Origin: an uncultured Nitrospiraceae bacterium
GTDB taxonomy: Bacteria > Nitrospirota > Thermodesulfovibrionia > Thermodesulfovibrionales > SM23-35
Direction of reading: 5' to 3'
Assembly (NCBI GenBank): GCA_963727775.1
Contig: CAVSHB010000001.1
Span: 768,001-832,000 of the forward strand
DNA: 64,000 nucleotides
Of the stretch, positions 42,972 to 54,377 are shown piece by piece. The notes beneath the pieces are model-generated. The model was not told the origin of the DNA and searched no databases. It saw nothing but the letters and a program-made list of their open reading frames with translations. Within the stretch, counting starts at the first letter, position 1, and the number at the start of each line of letters is the position of its first letter. The position numbers were made by a program, and so were the translations under genes.

Positions 42972-43049
42972 TTAATAACGTAACTGTTCTCAATACAGGG
43001 TTAAATTCGCACATATCCGTGAACTTTATCGACTTGTCATACATGAAGC

Positions 43050-43748
43050 ATGTTAAATAAGACAATCACAAAAAGGATAGTGGTCGTAACCGTCGTGGTC
43101 GGACTCGTAGTGCTTTTTAAGGTTCTCGGACTCGGGCAGTATTTCACGCTCACCTACGTCAAGGCATCTCAGGAGAAATTTGCAGCTGTCTACGCTGATC
43201 ACAGGCTGATGGTAATCATCGCATACATGGTGAGCTATATACTTGTTACCTCATTATCATTGCCGGGTGCTGCCGTAATGACCTTGGCAGGCGGAGCGCT
43301 CTTCGGATTGTTGACGGGAACAATTGTTGTTTCCTTTGCAAGTACGATAGGTGCTACCTTAGCGTGCTTTGTCTCAAGGTCCGTTTTACGCGATTGGGTA
43401 CAAAACAAGTTCGCTGACAAGCTTAAAACAGTTAACGATGGGATAGAAAAAGAAGGAGCATTCTATTTATTCACCCTGAGATTGATTCCCGTCTTCCCGT
43501 TTTGGCTCATAAACCTTGTTATGGGACTGACGAAGATGCCTTTGAAGACCTTTTACCCAGTTTCGCAGGTAGGCATGCTGCCAGGAACCATAGTTTATGT
43601 CAATGCAGGAAAAGAGCTTGCCAAGATCGATTCTCTTTCGGGCATACTTTCCCCCGGGCTAATCCTCTCCTTTGTGCTTCTTGGACTTTTTCCGATAATT
43701 ACCAAGAAATTGCTTGCTTTCTATCAATCTAAGAAATTAAGAACATAG
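43050..43748 (+). CDS. TVP38/TMEM64 (DedA-superfamily) membrane protein
   Basis: LSLPGAAVMTLAGGALFG, LRLIPVFPFWLINL, GMLPGT. Confidence 0.9.
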   Translation: MLNKTITKRIVVVTVVVGLVVLFKVLGLGQYFTLTYVKASQEKFAAVYADHRLMVIIAYMVSYILVTSLSLPGAAVMTLAGGALFGLLTGTIVVSFASTIGATLACFVSRSVLRDWVQNKFADKLKTVNDGIEKEGAFYLFTLRLIPVFPFWLINLVMGLTKMPLKTFYPVSQVGMLPGTIVYVNAGKELAKIDSLSGILSPGLILSFVLLGLFPIITKKLLAFYQSKKLRT

Positions 43749-43773
43749 ATGATTCAGGAATAAGGAGGCCGGA

Positions 43774-45225
43774 ATGGCAAATTACGATTTTGACATAGGA
43801 ATTCTCGGTGGTGGAGCTGCCGGACTTACTGTTGCGTCAGGTGCGGCCCAGTTTGGAGCAAAGACCCTTCTCGTTGAAAAAGAACATGAACTGGGAGGTG
43901 ACTGCCTCCATTACGGGTGTGTTCCAAGCAAAACGCTCATTAGGACTGCACATATCTACCATCTTATGAAGAATGCTGAAAAATACGGTCTTCCACGGGC
44001 AGACCTCAAACGAGTGGATTTCCAGGCAATCGCAGGAAGGATTCAATCTGTAATTAGTGCCATACAGGAACATGATTCGAAGGAACGGTTTTGCAAACTT
44101 GGTGCCAGGGTCGAATTCGGCAATGCAAATTTTACAGACGAACATTTAGTCCGGCTGAACGGTGAGATATTTTCTGCAAAGAGGTGGGTTATAGCCACCG
44201 GGTCATCTCCATTTATCCCGCCGATTGAAGGAATTGATAAAACACCCTATATTACGAACAAAGAACTTTTTTTACTGAAAAGTCTTCCGAAATCCATGAT
44301 CGCAATCGGCGGGGGTCCTATATCAATAGAGATGGCTGAGGCATTCAATCGACTGGGGACAAAAGTGACCGTAGTTGAACTTGCGAATCAGATTCTCGGG
44401 GCTTAGGACAAAGACATGGCTGAGCAGCTTATGAATAGTTTGATATCCGAAGGCATAACATTTCATCTGGGCTCTCTGCCCCTCAGCACAAAAGACCTTG
44501 GTAATGAAAAAGAGTTAATATTTAAAAATAACGAAGGCAAAATCTTAAACCTGAGGGCCGAAACCATACTTGTTGCCGTCGGAAGAAAAGCAAATCTCCA
44601 AGATCTCGGGCTGGAAGATATTTCAATGGAATTCGATAAAAAAGGGTTGAAGATAGACGACAGGCTCAGGACAAATCATAAGCACATCTTTGTTGCAGGG
44701 GATGCAACAGGCTCATATCAATTTACCCATGCAGCTGGCTATGAGGGGGGCATTGTGCTCAGCAACGCTATTCTTCATCTACCGAGAAAAGTGGATTATG
44801 CTTATCTGCCGTGGTGTACCTATACAGACCCTGAACTTGCCAGCATCGGGATGAACGAGAAGAGGGCGGCGGCGGCAGGCATATCATATTCTGTCTGGAC
44901 AGAAGAGTTTAAAACCAATGACCGAAGCCTTGCAGAAGGAGAAGAGACAGGGAGAATAAAGCTTCTCCTTGATGACAATGAAAAGCCTATAGGTATTCAG
45001 ATACTGGGACCAAGTGCGGGGGAACTGATCAGTGAATGGGTTGCGGTCATGAACGGGAATGTGAAGCTATCGACTATCGCATCAGCCATTCATCCTTATC
45101 CTACTCTTGGAGAAATCAACAAAAAGGTTGTGGGATCGTTTTTTTCCGGCAAGATCTTTTCCGAAAAGGTGAAAAAAGCTCTGAAATTCTTCTTCAATCT
45201 GAAGGGGAGAGCATGCGGAGCATAA
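43774..45225 (+). pseudogene. Pyridine nucleotide-disulfide oxidoreductase (LpdA/MerA-like) split by in-frame TAG at 44404-44406
   Basis: GGGAAG, GGDCLHYGCVPSK, then QILGA-TAG-DKDMAE in the same frame, AGDATG, HPYPT. Confidence 0.85.
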
Positions 45226-45914
45226 AGTATTCACAGAAAGAGAAAAAAGTTACAACAAAGCCGGTAGGCTCATGCAAGAAAAACAATGAAACGTTCTTGC
45301 ATGGATAACACCGTGAGTATAAGACGCCAGATTACATCACGGATGTAAGTTTGATGAAGAAGTATGCGGACACCTTTGTGTAATGGTTTTTTTTGGGAAA
45401 CCAACGGTCTCGCTGAAATAGCGGGGCATCGATTAGCAGGTGCACTTGCCGCCGGGCACTAACAATATCGGCTCAGATCTCTTTAGGGCATTTTCGATGA
45501 AAGTTACTTTTGGAATTTCACACGAGTGGAACCGGGGCGGCAAAATTCCCTGAAAGCATTTTTTAATCTCCAGCGTGTCGTAACCACACATAGTACGGGG
45601 CGAAGTCCTTGGCAACGAAAGAATGAGGCCAGTGTGGACTTCTGTGAGAAATTTTTTTTGTCCAGTCCACCTGCTTATAAACACCAAGTAAAATTTAAAA
45701 TTATTGAAGAATACAATCGGGACTAAATACGCCGAAATTTATATATAGAGAGTCCTTCAAATCGAAATAAATAGCTTCCCCGTGAAGAACGGCATTTGTT
45801 TTTTCCGGGAATAAATGGAAGAGAGCACAAATTCATGGATAGCGTTTGTTTCAAGCCATACTGTGCTGTTTCTTTCAGTTGAATCCGAAGAGCACAGATT
45901 GTTGATGCCACCTA

Positions 45915-47505
45915 CTGATATGTATTAAACCTGTCAAGTGGGTATTTTTATTGCCTCTTATATGGTCTCCTTTGAGCGTGTGAACTTAGGGCAGAACAGC
46001 AGTGATAAACGACGGTAGATCACTCTGATATACGCGGGTTGGGTACCGCATGACTTATTTTCGTCGTGGAGCTGCCTCTGTCTAACATCGAGGGTCATCC
46101 TATATTCAGGCGCCTCATAGTAGGTACGAGGGATCTCCCCACCGACTGCTGCCCTGGCCGAAGTGCACATTTTCCAAATAAATAGCGTTGTCTGGAGGAG
46201 CGGAGAAACACTCCACCTCTTTTGGAGCCCCGGAAGACAACACCGATAGTTTCGTTCTGTCGTCAATTCGTTTTATCCTTATCTGGTGATACAGGCATTA
46301 GTCTTTCCCATTACGTCACATGCAATTGCCCAAATAAAGCCGCTCAGTTCACGTGCTACAGCGGTACATGCTTGAACCGGAAGTTTCCCCTTATTGATCA
46401 AGTACCAATATCTCTTGCATAACCGTTTTTGCGCCTTCCATGCAATGGCTTGTACCGCTTCGCTGGTCTTCTCTGCCCGTCGCTGCAAATGAGCCGTCTT
46501 GCGTGCCGGCAATCGATAACACCACGAAGCTTCTATAAGCACACGCCTTGCATGTCCATTGCCGGTTTTGGTTATCCCGCCTCGCTGGCGACGACTGCCG
46601 CTTGAGTGCTCACTCGGAACTAACCCCAGGTGAGCCATGAGCTGACGAGGAGATTCAAAGCGACTGATGTCGCCCAGTTCGGCAATGACCGTCATTGCTG
46701 TAATGATGTCGACACCCCGAAGTGCCATCAGACCTGTTACTACAGGCGCCAAAGACCACCCTTCTACTGCGTGACGCATTTCTTCTTCCAGTGAAGCCTC
46801 GCGCCTTTGCATTTGCTTGACCGTATCAACATACTCCTGGAAAACAAGCTGCTGTGCGGGAATCTCAAACTTTATCCCTTCCAGCCATCGAAAATGCGCC
46901 TGCGTCCATTTACTCCTCCCAGGATATCTCTTTCCATGACGCAGAAGGAATGCTCCAAGCCGCTGTTTGGCATGTCCTTCCATAGTCTTCATATCTTCAC
47001 GGGCTCGGGTTAAATCTCTCATCGCTTCCTGCTCTTTATCCGGAACCCATACCGGCGTCAGTTCTCCCGCACGATGTAACCGAGTCAGAGTGTTAGCATC
47101 CCTCCGATCTGTCTTCACGCGATCTCCTGATTTCCTTGGGATAAGCGATGGAGCAACCACATCACACCTCTGACCAAGATCAATCAACTGACGGTATACT
47201 TCATACCCACATGGTCCGGCTTCATAGCAAAACGATACTCGTTCCCCGTTCGAACCCACTTTTTTAACCAGCTTCCTTATTGACTCACCGTTATTGGGTA
47301 TCTCTCCGTAATAAACCGGCTCCCCGCGTCCTTCCTTTGCTATCGCTACTGCTATCGTTTCCTTGTGCACATCCATTCCTACATATTTGCTGCTATACTT
47401 ATCCATAACCTGTCCTCCTTAATTGTGGCTCTGAGCCTATGGTTTTTTCACCTTAAAGCTTAATCCACGTGCCTTAAGGTTGGACAGGTTTAATACATTA
47501 TGTCT
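45915..47505 (-). mobile_element. IS110-family (IS1111-type) element, copy 2
   Basis: Inverted copy of 32270-33860 with identical protein. Confidence 0.92.
46279..47406 (-). CDS. IS110-family recombinase
   Basis: Protein identical to 32369-33496. Confidence 0.95.
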   Translation of the reverse strand: MDKYSSKYVGMDVHKETIAVAIAKEGRGEPVYYGEIPNNGESIRKLVKKVGSNGERVSFCYEAGPCGYEVYRQLIDLGQRCDVVAPSLIPRKSGDRVKTDRRDANTLTRLHRAGELTPVWVPDKEQEAMRDLTRAREDMKTMEGHAKQRLGAFLLRHGKRYPGRSKWTQAHFRWLEGIKFEIPAQQLVFQEYVDTVKQMQRREASLEEEMRHAVEGWSLAPVVTGLMALRGVDIITAMTVIAELGDISRFESPRQLMAHLGLVPSEHSSGSRRQRGGITKTGNGHARRVLIEASWCYRLPARKTAHLQRRAEKTSEAVQAIAWKAQKRLCKRYWYLINKGKLPVQACTAVARELSGFIWAIACDVMGKTNACITR

Positions 47506-47919
47506 GATATGTGGTTCAAGTTATTGCAACAATGAAGATTTTCGAGAGAACTACGCGTAACGCCAATCATCAGACTGCAGGATTCTACCGCTCGTAATTA
47601 ACATCATCAGGGTATATGTGGGCACTGAATTTTATATTGCCGTAATACCGCAATAGGTACCGATCTTAGATAAACACTCTGCGCTATCGTTCTTGATTAG
47701 CTCCAGATATTGTTTTTCATAATACTTATCGTTCAGCAATATCAAACTTATGTATGCTGTTCGTCTGACCAAATGTAAGAGACATCATGAATAACTGAAC
47801 GAATCAATTCCAAATAATTGGCGAAATCTTCTTAATCACTGTGCCCCCCATGTAAAATAAGGCCGATAGACGAAATGATTATAGTTCTTAATATCATAAC
47901 GTCTCATTAGGGAGAGGTA

Positions 47920-49335
47920 CTAACTTATATCTACGAAATCCCTTATATCCAGCCTCTGGTCTACCATCCTCCACTTTCCTGAAGAGGATTGACTGTCCTT
48001 GTGTACAGCAACCACAATTCTGACCCTATTGCCATAAGGGCCCAGTCTCTTTCTAATCTCGCTCAATACGCTGTCCGTATTCTCCTCTTTGTAATACTCA
48101 GCAGCATATACCCTCAGCTCCACTTTGCCGGGGCGTTCCTGATAGAGTTGAAAGCGCCCGATATTTTCTAAGACCCTGTAATCTATGTCGAGATTGACAG
48201 AGAAAACCTGCCCTTCCGAACCGATGAGAAAATCACCGATGCGCCCATCCATACTTTCCAGCACCTCGTAACGCCTCCCGCACAGAGTACAGGAATTGCC
48301 CTTCCTGGTTATATCCCCGGTCACGTATCTGATAAGGGGCATTGCGTAGTTGATGAATCCGGTTCCGACCAATTCAAACGCAGAACCCCGAACTGGAAGA
48401 TACTCGGCATATCCGTATTGCGGATAGAGATGATAAATACCGGAGTGTTCACATCCACCGCCGTGTATCACCTTCTCTACCATCCCGTAATCAGAAAACA
48501 CCCTGGCTCCAAAGACATATTTGATGATTTCCCTCTGCCATTCATACACATTCTCGGCATAAACAATAACTCCCTTAAGCTTGTTACGCAGTGATTTCCC
48601 TCTATTTTTCACAGATGAGGCGAAAGTTGCGACCGCATAAGGAAAGCCTATGAGATATTCAGGCTTGAAATAGTTGATCATTTCTGTATATTCATCAATC
48701 CATTCATCTACAAAGTAATTGCTCGAAAGGATCAGTTTATTTCCGTATTTCTTCCATGGGAGGCTGTCCTTCTTTCCCTCTCTTATATTCGCTACTAAAA
48801 AAACTGTTCTCGAATGCGGGCTGTATCCGCTCCTGCTCCACAGATCAATTATCGTTGCCCAGTGTTTTTCTTCGGTCTCTTTTGTTCCATAAACTATGAG
48901 TGGAATGCCTGTCGTTCCACTAGTAGATGCCGCAATTAATTTGCTCTTATGAATGTTTTCTGTTATGAATTCATGATGATTTTCTTTTATTGTAACCTTG
49001 TTGATATAGGGCAAAGCCTTAATATCGCTCAAGGCCTGTACCTTCTCCGGTTTAAACCCGTACTCTCCAAATAACTTTCTGTAGTAAGGCACATTTGCCC
49101 CAGCGTGCATCAACAAATCTCTTAATTGTTCGACCTGATAAGCCTCGATCTTATCCCTGTCCCACTTTTCTGACTCTTTCAGGAATCCGAGCCAGTATCG
49201 AAATGTCGGCCCATAGGACCCATAGGAGATACTGTATCTGAACTTCAGTGGGAGTCTCTCTAATACTTCCCTAACGGCCTTTTCAATAACCGAGTTGGAT
49301 TCTATGAATTTCTTAATGATCTCTATGGTACCCAT
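47920..49335 (-). CDS. Phenylacetate-CoA ligase/CapK-family enzyme, paralog 3
   Basis: TSGTTGIP, DYGMVE, MPLIRYVTGD, DGRIGD. Confidence 0.88.
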   Translation of the reverse strand: MGTIEIIKKFIESNSVIEKAVREVLERLPLKFRYSISYGSYGPTFRYWLGFLKESEKWDRDKIEAYQVEQLRDLLMHAGANVPYYRKLFGEYGFKPEKVQALSDIKALPYINKVTIKENHHEFITENIHKSKLIAASTSGTTGIPLIVYGTKETEEKHWATIIDLWSRSGYSPHSRTVFLVANIREGKKDSLPWKKYGNKLILSSNYFVDEWIDEYTEMINYFKPEYLIGFPYAVATFASSVKNRGKSLRNKLKGVIVYAENVYEWQREIIKYVFGARVFSDYGMVEKVIHGGGCEHSGIYHLYPQYGYAEYLPVRGSAFELVGTGFINYAMPLIRYVTGDITRKGNSCTLCGRRYEVLESMDGRIGDFLIGSEGQVFSVNLDIDYRVLENIGRFQLYQERPGKVELRVYAAEYYKEENTDSVLSEIRKRLGPYGNRVRIVVAVHKDSQSSSGKWRMVDQRLDIRDFVDIS

Positions 49336-50486
49336 TACTCAGGATTCTTAACCAACCTTTTGATTTTTCCGAATAAACCTTTTATATATTGGAGCAAGAC
49401 ATTATAAGAAAGCGATTTCAGGCAATAGGTTGCGGAAATAAAATATAGCATACACGTAATTTTTCCGAGCAAATATGTTCCTAATATATATCATGAAAGA
49501 TTTTCGCTCCAAAAACCCATTTTCCGGCCAGATCCATTCTTTCCCGGTCGTATACGACAACATTGCCTCTCCCTTATATCCCCCTGTAACATCCTTATAA
49601 GCAGCATATGGAATGTTCACGCCGCATTCCGAGGATAAACTATTGCTATGAGTTGTCCTCGGATTCATCTCTATAAGCTTATATCTCCCGTCCCTTTGGT
49701 CTAATTTAAATTCGATAAAAGAAATGCCGTGATAACCGAAGATTCTTAATACCCGAAGACCCATATCGACTATTCGAGGGTTCTTTACACTCACAAAATG
49801 GGTACCGGTGCCAAGATCGGGAGGGTATTGTTTTAATTTCCTGCTAACAAACATGGCCGTTGCTTCATCTTTGTTATTAATATAAGACTGGAACTCATAC
49901 AGTTGCGATGCATCACCTTCTATAAACTCTTGAACAATCATTTTAAATCCATCGGCAGTATACTTTTTAAATTTTTCCATTAATTCCTTGCCGGAGTTAC
50001 ATTGAACAGCCTTAATTCCATATCGAATGAAAAATGCTTCTGAATAAGCAGGCTTGAGAATTAAAGGGAACTTAATGTCATCGGAAAGCGCCCCAATATC
50101 TTTTTCATCCCTTGGATAAAATGTATCGGGCAACGGAATGCCATGCGCAGCAGCTTTTTTATATTGCCTCTCCTTATCTACCATATGTTCTGTTATATCC
50201 CACCCTGAAAATGGAATTTTATAATAAGGCTCAAGCTTATTCCTTGATTTTGCTATCACAGTTACATAAGAATCTTTCGCAGGAAATAAAATTTTAATGC
50301 CTTCGATTCTTTTGCCGATATCCATCAGAAATTCCGTAAGATCAAATTCTGAATGTAATGGATTAGGGCAAACAACGCTTTCTGAGACAAACTTCGAATG
50401 AAATCCTATTGCATATGGATTATGGTCTATTGCAAGTATTGAGATATCCTTCCCTCCAAGACTTCTTATAATTCCTAACCCATTAA

Positions 50487-52106
50487 CCCGAAAAATGCGT
50501 TTGCTATAGGCATACCTATAGAGTCAAGCCTATCAAGGCATTGGCTGATTTGTCGATATAAAAGCTAATACTGATGCTGTTTCTTGTTCCACCTCCTGAA
50601 AATTATGTTCTTTTTATCTAAATGCAGTGCAATTACCAAAACTGGGTGGAAAGTATTGTCCCACGCGGTTAAAGAGGTAGCGCAGTTTTGATCGTACTTT
50701 CTGCGTAAAGACAGAAATCCGCAATACAGGTTTCCTTCCATCCCATCCTAATTGGGCTGGAAGGACAAGATACTTGTACCGTAAGGTTTTCAAACGTTCT
50801 GTCTTTTCTTTTTGACCGAGTATCTGATGCCTGAACAGGACAAACAGATTGTAGATGAATACCCGAATAAGCATAGCCGCCTCCGTTGAGTAGAAATACT
50901 TCATCGAGAACCCGCCGAGTGCAAAATCCTCTTTCAGTTCCTTGATGGTATTCTCATCGTTCGCCCTATGCCTGCATTGCTTCCATACCTCATATGTAGA
51001 ATCATGTGAATTGGTTATCCATACGCTATAACGATAATGCCCTGTATCAAACTCATCTCCGAAAAGAGACAACTCTTTTCCCATCGCGTGCGGTCTCTTC
51101 TTGACATCCTGGCGCACTGCAATAAACCTCCTGTCGATTATCCACTCTACATGCTGGAAGAAGAACTCAGTGATCCATATCCCTTCTTCTACCTGTGCCC
51201 AGTTTTGTTGTGCGTAGATTATCCTCTGCAGCGGACGATATAGGCGAGCAGCTATGATATATACTAATTCTCTCTTCTCAAGCAGTTCGATGAACTCCCT
51301 AAGATAAAATCCACTGTCTGCAATAATGCCCTTGATATCGATATGACCGTTGATCCTCTGCCATGTGGATTCAAAAAATCCAATAATGTTGTTCCATGAC
51401 ATCACGTTGCCGGGGCGGTTCCAAAGATTTATCACATACTTGTTTCTGTTAAGAAATGCCAGAAGCGGGCTGTGGCTACCACGGCCCTTCTTCTTCGGGT
51501 TATATCCCCTCTTGACTCCCTCCTGTTTTCCGTATCGCTCAAGGACTGTAGAATCGAACGTCAACCAGTCCTCTTTGAGCTCTTTCCAGGGGATCAATCT
51601 CTTCAAGTATCCCCATAATCCCTCCGACATCTCTTCCACTTCCTTCAGTTTTCTGATCTTCCTGAAAAGCCTGCCCAATGTCGTCGAGGCGATAGGAAGC
51701 CTCTTCACTGCAAAAAGATCGGTGAAAATCTCCTGCCAACCAAGATAAAGTAGATGAGAAAACCTGCTGCCTCCCGCATAGATCAGAAGGATGTATGCCA
51801 ATACCTTGCTGTATATCCCCATTCCATTGGGTGAACTCTCATGGATCGGAATCACCTCTTGCAAAATTCCTCTCAATTTGATCTTTTCAAAAAATGCAGC
51901 CAATAAACTGAATCCCCCATATGCCGTCATCTTCTTCTCCGTAAATCCAATCCTTACTTTATTTATTTCGATCTTTGTGCTACATTTTGACTGCATATTT
52001 CTATTCTCCTTTCGTTTAGAGTTGATGGTCGGGTAAACCTATTGATTCTAATACGAAAGGAGAATTTCTTCGGGGATATTATTTTAGGTCAACTGCACTT
52101 TTTGGG
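50487..52106 (-). mobile_element. IS1380-family element, copy 2, target duplication TTAA
   Basis: Near-identical inverted copy; TTAA at 50483-86 and 52107-10. Confidence 0.9.
50614..51996 (-). CDS. IS1380-family transposase
   Basis: Protein identical to 39584-40966. Confidence 0.9.
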   Translation of the reverse strand: MQSKCSTKIEINKVRIGFTEKKMTAYGGFSLLAAFFEKIKLRGILQEVIPIHESSPNGMGIYSKVLAYILLIYAGGSRFSHLLYLGWQEIFTDLFAVKRLPIASTTLGRLFRKIRKLKEVEEMSEGLWGYLKRLIPWKELKEDWLTFDSTVLERYGKQEGVKRGYNPKKKGRGSHSPLLAFLNRNKYVINLWNRPGNVMSWNNIIGFFESTWQRINGHIDIKGIIADSGFYLREFIELLEKRELVYIIAARLYRPLQRIIYAQQNWAQVEEGIWITEFFFQHVEWIIDRRFIAVRQDVKKRPHAMGKELSLFGDEFDTGHYRYSVWITNSHDSTYEVWKQCRHRANDENTIKELKEDFALGGFSMKYFYSTEAAMLIRVFIYNLFVLFRHQILGQKEKTERLKTLRYKYLVLPAQLGWDGRKPVLRISVFTQKVRSKLRYLFNRVGQYFPPSFGNCTAFR

Positions 52107-52254
52107 TTAACATCGCAGCCGAGAACAATCGCCCAATGATTTGAATTCATATTTCAGTCTGCCCTTCGTCCAAGGAGAAAGCCCTCATGAACCAGCTTAA
52201 GCCTACAGGTCTCAGAATCGATGACATTCTGCCGCCATGCGTCCGGATTCACGA

Positions 52255-52722
52255 TTATCCCGTCTTTGCAAAGTCTCTCATATTCAGTTTCTGGTCCACC
52301 ATGATGAACTTGCCCGAAGGTTTCCTGGGAATACCGTCGACGAAGACCACTTCGATATCGATACTATCCTTCAACGGCCCGAGCATCTCTGCAATTTTTG
52401 ACTTTATGTGAAGAGTATCCGATTCGGAATACGTTTCAGCTCTCACTATCTTTAAATATGCCCTTCCCGGCTCGTCCTGGAAAAACTGATATTGCTTGGT
52501 GTTAGGAAAAATCTTTATCCATGGCATAAGTCTCGGAATGATTTTTCCTTCCCTATTAATGAGGTAGTCGTTTATCCTTCCCTCTATCCTGTCGATGAGC
52601 TGATGATGTCGTCCGCAAAGAGGGCAAGAAGCTTCGCCCCGGAGTGCGATATCTGATGTTTTGTATCTTATCAGCGGCATTGCATAGTTCAAAAAACCGG
52701 TTCCCACTATCCCAGTAAGCAA
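52255..52722 (-). pseudogene. C-terminal fragment of a CapK-family ligase, paralog 4 (5' truncated)
   Basis: GTGFLNYAMPLIRYKTSD...IEGRIND...IPRLMPWIK; about 310 N-terminal residues missing relative to the paralogs. Confidence 0.85.
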
Positions 52723-52857
52723 CTAAACCCCTCACCTTTCCGTTCCCGTTAACCTGCTATTATATTAATACGATAGCAATATGATTCCAATATGTCAATA
52801 GTTTGTAGTATTGAAATGCTATCACGATAATGTTATTATTTTTCAGGAGGAAACAAC

Positions 52858-53031
52858 ATGGTCAGAGAGAGGCTGTCAATAATGCGGAAGTCTTTCGGAT
52901 TTAGGATTAATGTTGAATTAGCAAAGCAACTGAAGATTCTTGCCGTCGGTCAGGATAAAGCTGTCAATGTTATCCTCGAAGAAGCGATAGAGGACTTACT
53001 GAAGAAGTATTCAAGGAAGGGCAGCAAATAA
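52858..53031 (+). CDS. Ribbon-helix-helix DNA-binding protein (57 aa, below ORF-track cutoff)
   Basis: MVRERLSIMRKSFGFRINVELAKQLKILAVGQDKAVNVILEEAIEDLLKKY; SD AGGAGG. Confidence 0.75.
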   Translation: MVRERLSIMRKSFGFRINVELAKQLKILAVGQDKAVNVILEEAIEDLLKKYSRKGSK

Positions 53032-53126
53032 GGCAAACTTCCATAAAAATAGAATTATATTCTTGTTGTCAATAGAACATCCGTCAGGTATAATTTCTCT
53101 CAACCAATTTTAACGGAGGGGACTCT

Positions 53127-53399
53127 ATGAAAAAAGCAGACTTTATCGAAAGAATGGCAAAAGAGGCAAAGATTGCCAAGAAAGCAGCGGGAAAGGCACT
53201 CGATACTTTTCTTGATGAAATCAAGAAGACACTGAAGAAGGGAAGCAAAGTGAGCCTTATCGGTTTTGGAACATTCCATGTTGGCAAAAGGAAAGCAAGA
53301 ACAGGCAGGAATCCGAAAACAGGAGCAGCAATAAAAATCCTTGCCAGAAAGATTCCAAAATTTAAGGCGGGTAAGGCTTTTAAGGATCTATTGAAATAG
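53127..53399 (+). CDS. HU family DNA-binding protein
   Basis: VSLIGFGTF...ARTGRNPKTG...PKFKAGK. Confidence 0.93.
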   Translation: MKKADFIERMAKEAKIAKKAAGKALDTFLDEIKKTLKKGSKVSLIGFGTFHVGKRKARTGRNPKTGAAIKILARKIPKFKAGKAFKDLLK

Positions 53400-53413
53400 T
53401 TTATTGGAATCGG

Positions 53414-53450
53414 AAGTGCCTCTGCTCATTTGGTGGAGGCACTTTTGTTT
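53414..53450 (+). terminator. Intrinsic terminator after HU
   Basis: AAGTGCCTC...GAGGCACTT stem followed by T-rich run. Confidence 0.65.
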
Positions 53451-53500
53451 CAGTGATGAAACCACAAGACAATTTAGAATAAGTTCATCAAACTAATGCA

Positions 53501-53836
53501 TTACTTATGCTTCCTTACCAGCCTATAGACAAGCCAAACAATTCCAGCCAAGACAATTGCTGGCAATAATAATGTTGCCATAGGTAACAAAGGAAAGAAC
53601 AACAGGGTACACACAACAAAGATTATCACCATCATAACAGCCAATATGTAGACTGAGGGGATTAATATTGCCAGAACCACAGCCAAGATAATCAGTCCCA
53701 AATACGCTGCTATATATCCACTCAGGCTGGTGACTTGTTTACCGTTTATGATTATTGTTGTACCTGTTGAAAAGTTGATTATGGATACCAGCAACAATAT
53801 CCCTAATACAATCAACAGTGTTGTTTTCTTCTTCAT
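53501..53836 (-). CDS. Hypothetical membrane protein
   Basis: Highly hydrophobic 111-aa ORF in an operon-like run. Confidence 0.7.
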   Translation of the reverse strand: MKKKTTLLIVLGILLLVSIINFSTGTTIIINGKQVTSLSGYIAAYLGLIILAVVLAILIPSVYILAVMMVIIFVVCTLLFFPLLPMATLLLPAIVLAGIVWLVYRLVRKHK

Positions 53837-53843
53837 TCTCTCG

Positions 53844-54080
53844 CTAATGTTTTATACCAACGAATATTATTACACCAGCCAAAATAAAGGTAGGGATCAG
53901 AAAGGATAGAAGCATTGCCCAAGCACCTTTCTTATTCCCTATGTTGAATGTCCATCCCAACACAGGATTTCTCTTGGGGACTATCCACCTTGTATCTCGC
54001 TTGGAGAAGTAAAACCCTGGAGATGTCCAATTATCCGGATTTTCCCACTCGGATTTATTAGTCTGGTCAATATGAGCCAT
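53844..54080 (-). CDS. DUF5808-like small membrane protein
   Basis: WENPDNW...FYFSKRDTRWIVPKRNPVLGWTFN. Confidence 0.75.
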   Translation of the reverse strand: MAHIDQTNKSEWENPDNWTSPGFYFSKRDTRWIVPKRNPVLGWTFNIGNKKGAWAMLLSFLIPTFILAGVIIFVGIKH

Positions 54081-54083
54081 TAT

Positions 54084-54353
54084 TTATTCGGTAAAATTAT
54101 AATGCTTTCTGACAGGTTCTTTTATATCCCATACACAAGAGAGCCCTTTGGGAAATGTCACAAAATCTCCAGCTCCGAATTCAACCTTGCCGTCCTTTGT
54201 TTCCACAATAACTTTACCCTTTAGGAGGTAGCATTCTTCAATACTGTCATAATGCCAATCGAATCGTGATACTTCTTTTTCCCAAATACCCCATTGACTG
54301 ACCTTGCGTTCTTCAAGGAATTGCTGTGTTGGTTTCTCAACTTTTTTTTCCAT
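54084..54353 (-). CDS. Cupin_3 (DUF861) protein
   Basis: WGIWEKEVSRFDWHY..EECYLL...GDFVTFPKGLSCVW. Confidence 0.85.
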   Translation of the reverse strand: MEKKVEKPTQQFLEERKVSQWGIWEKEVSRFDWHYDSIEECYLLKGKVIVETKDGKVEFGAGDFVTFPKGLSCVWDIKEPVRKHYNFTE

Positions 54354-54377
54354 CTTTTTGCCTCCATTTTCCACCAA

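Larger units (their letters stand above)
49402..52150 (-). pseudogene. ATP-grasp carboxylate-amine ligase disrupted by IS1380
   Basis: Removing the IS and one TTAA restores MNSNHWAIVLGCDVNGLGIIRSLGGKDI... in frame with ORF 49402-50325 (FPLILKP, VQEFIEG, IEMNPR). Confidence 0.85.

Noticed and set aside
43774..45225. True mercuric reductase MerA
   Set aside because: No C-terminal vicinal CC pair, no merR/T/P genes; HPYPT ending and TVP38 partner fit the LpdA-like group
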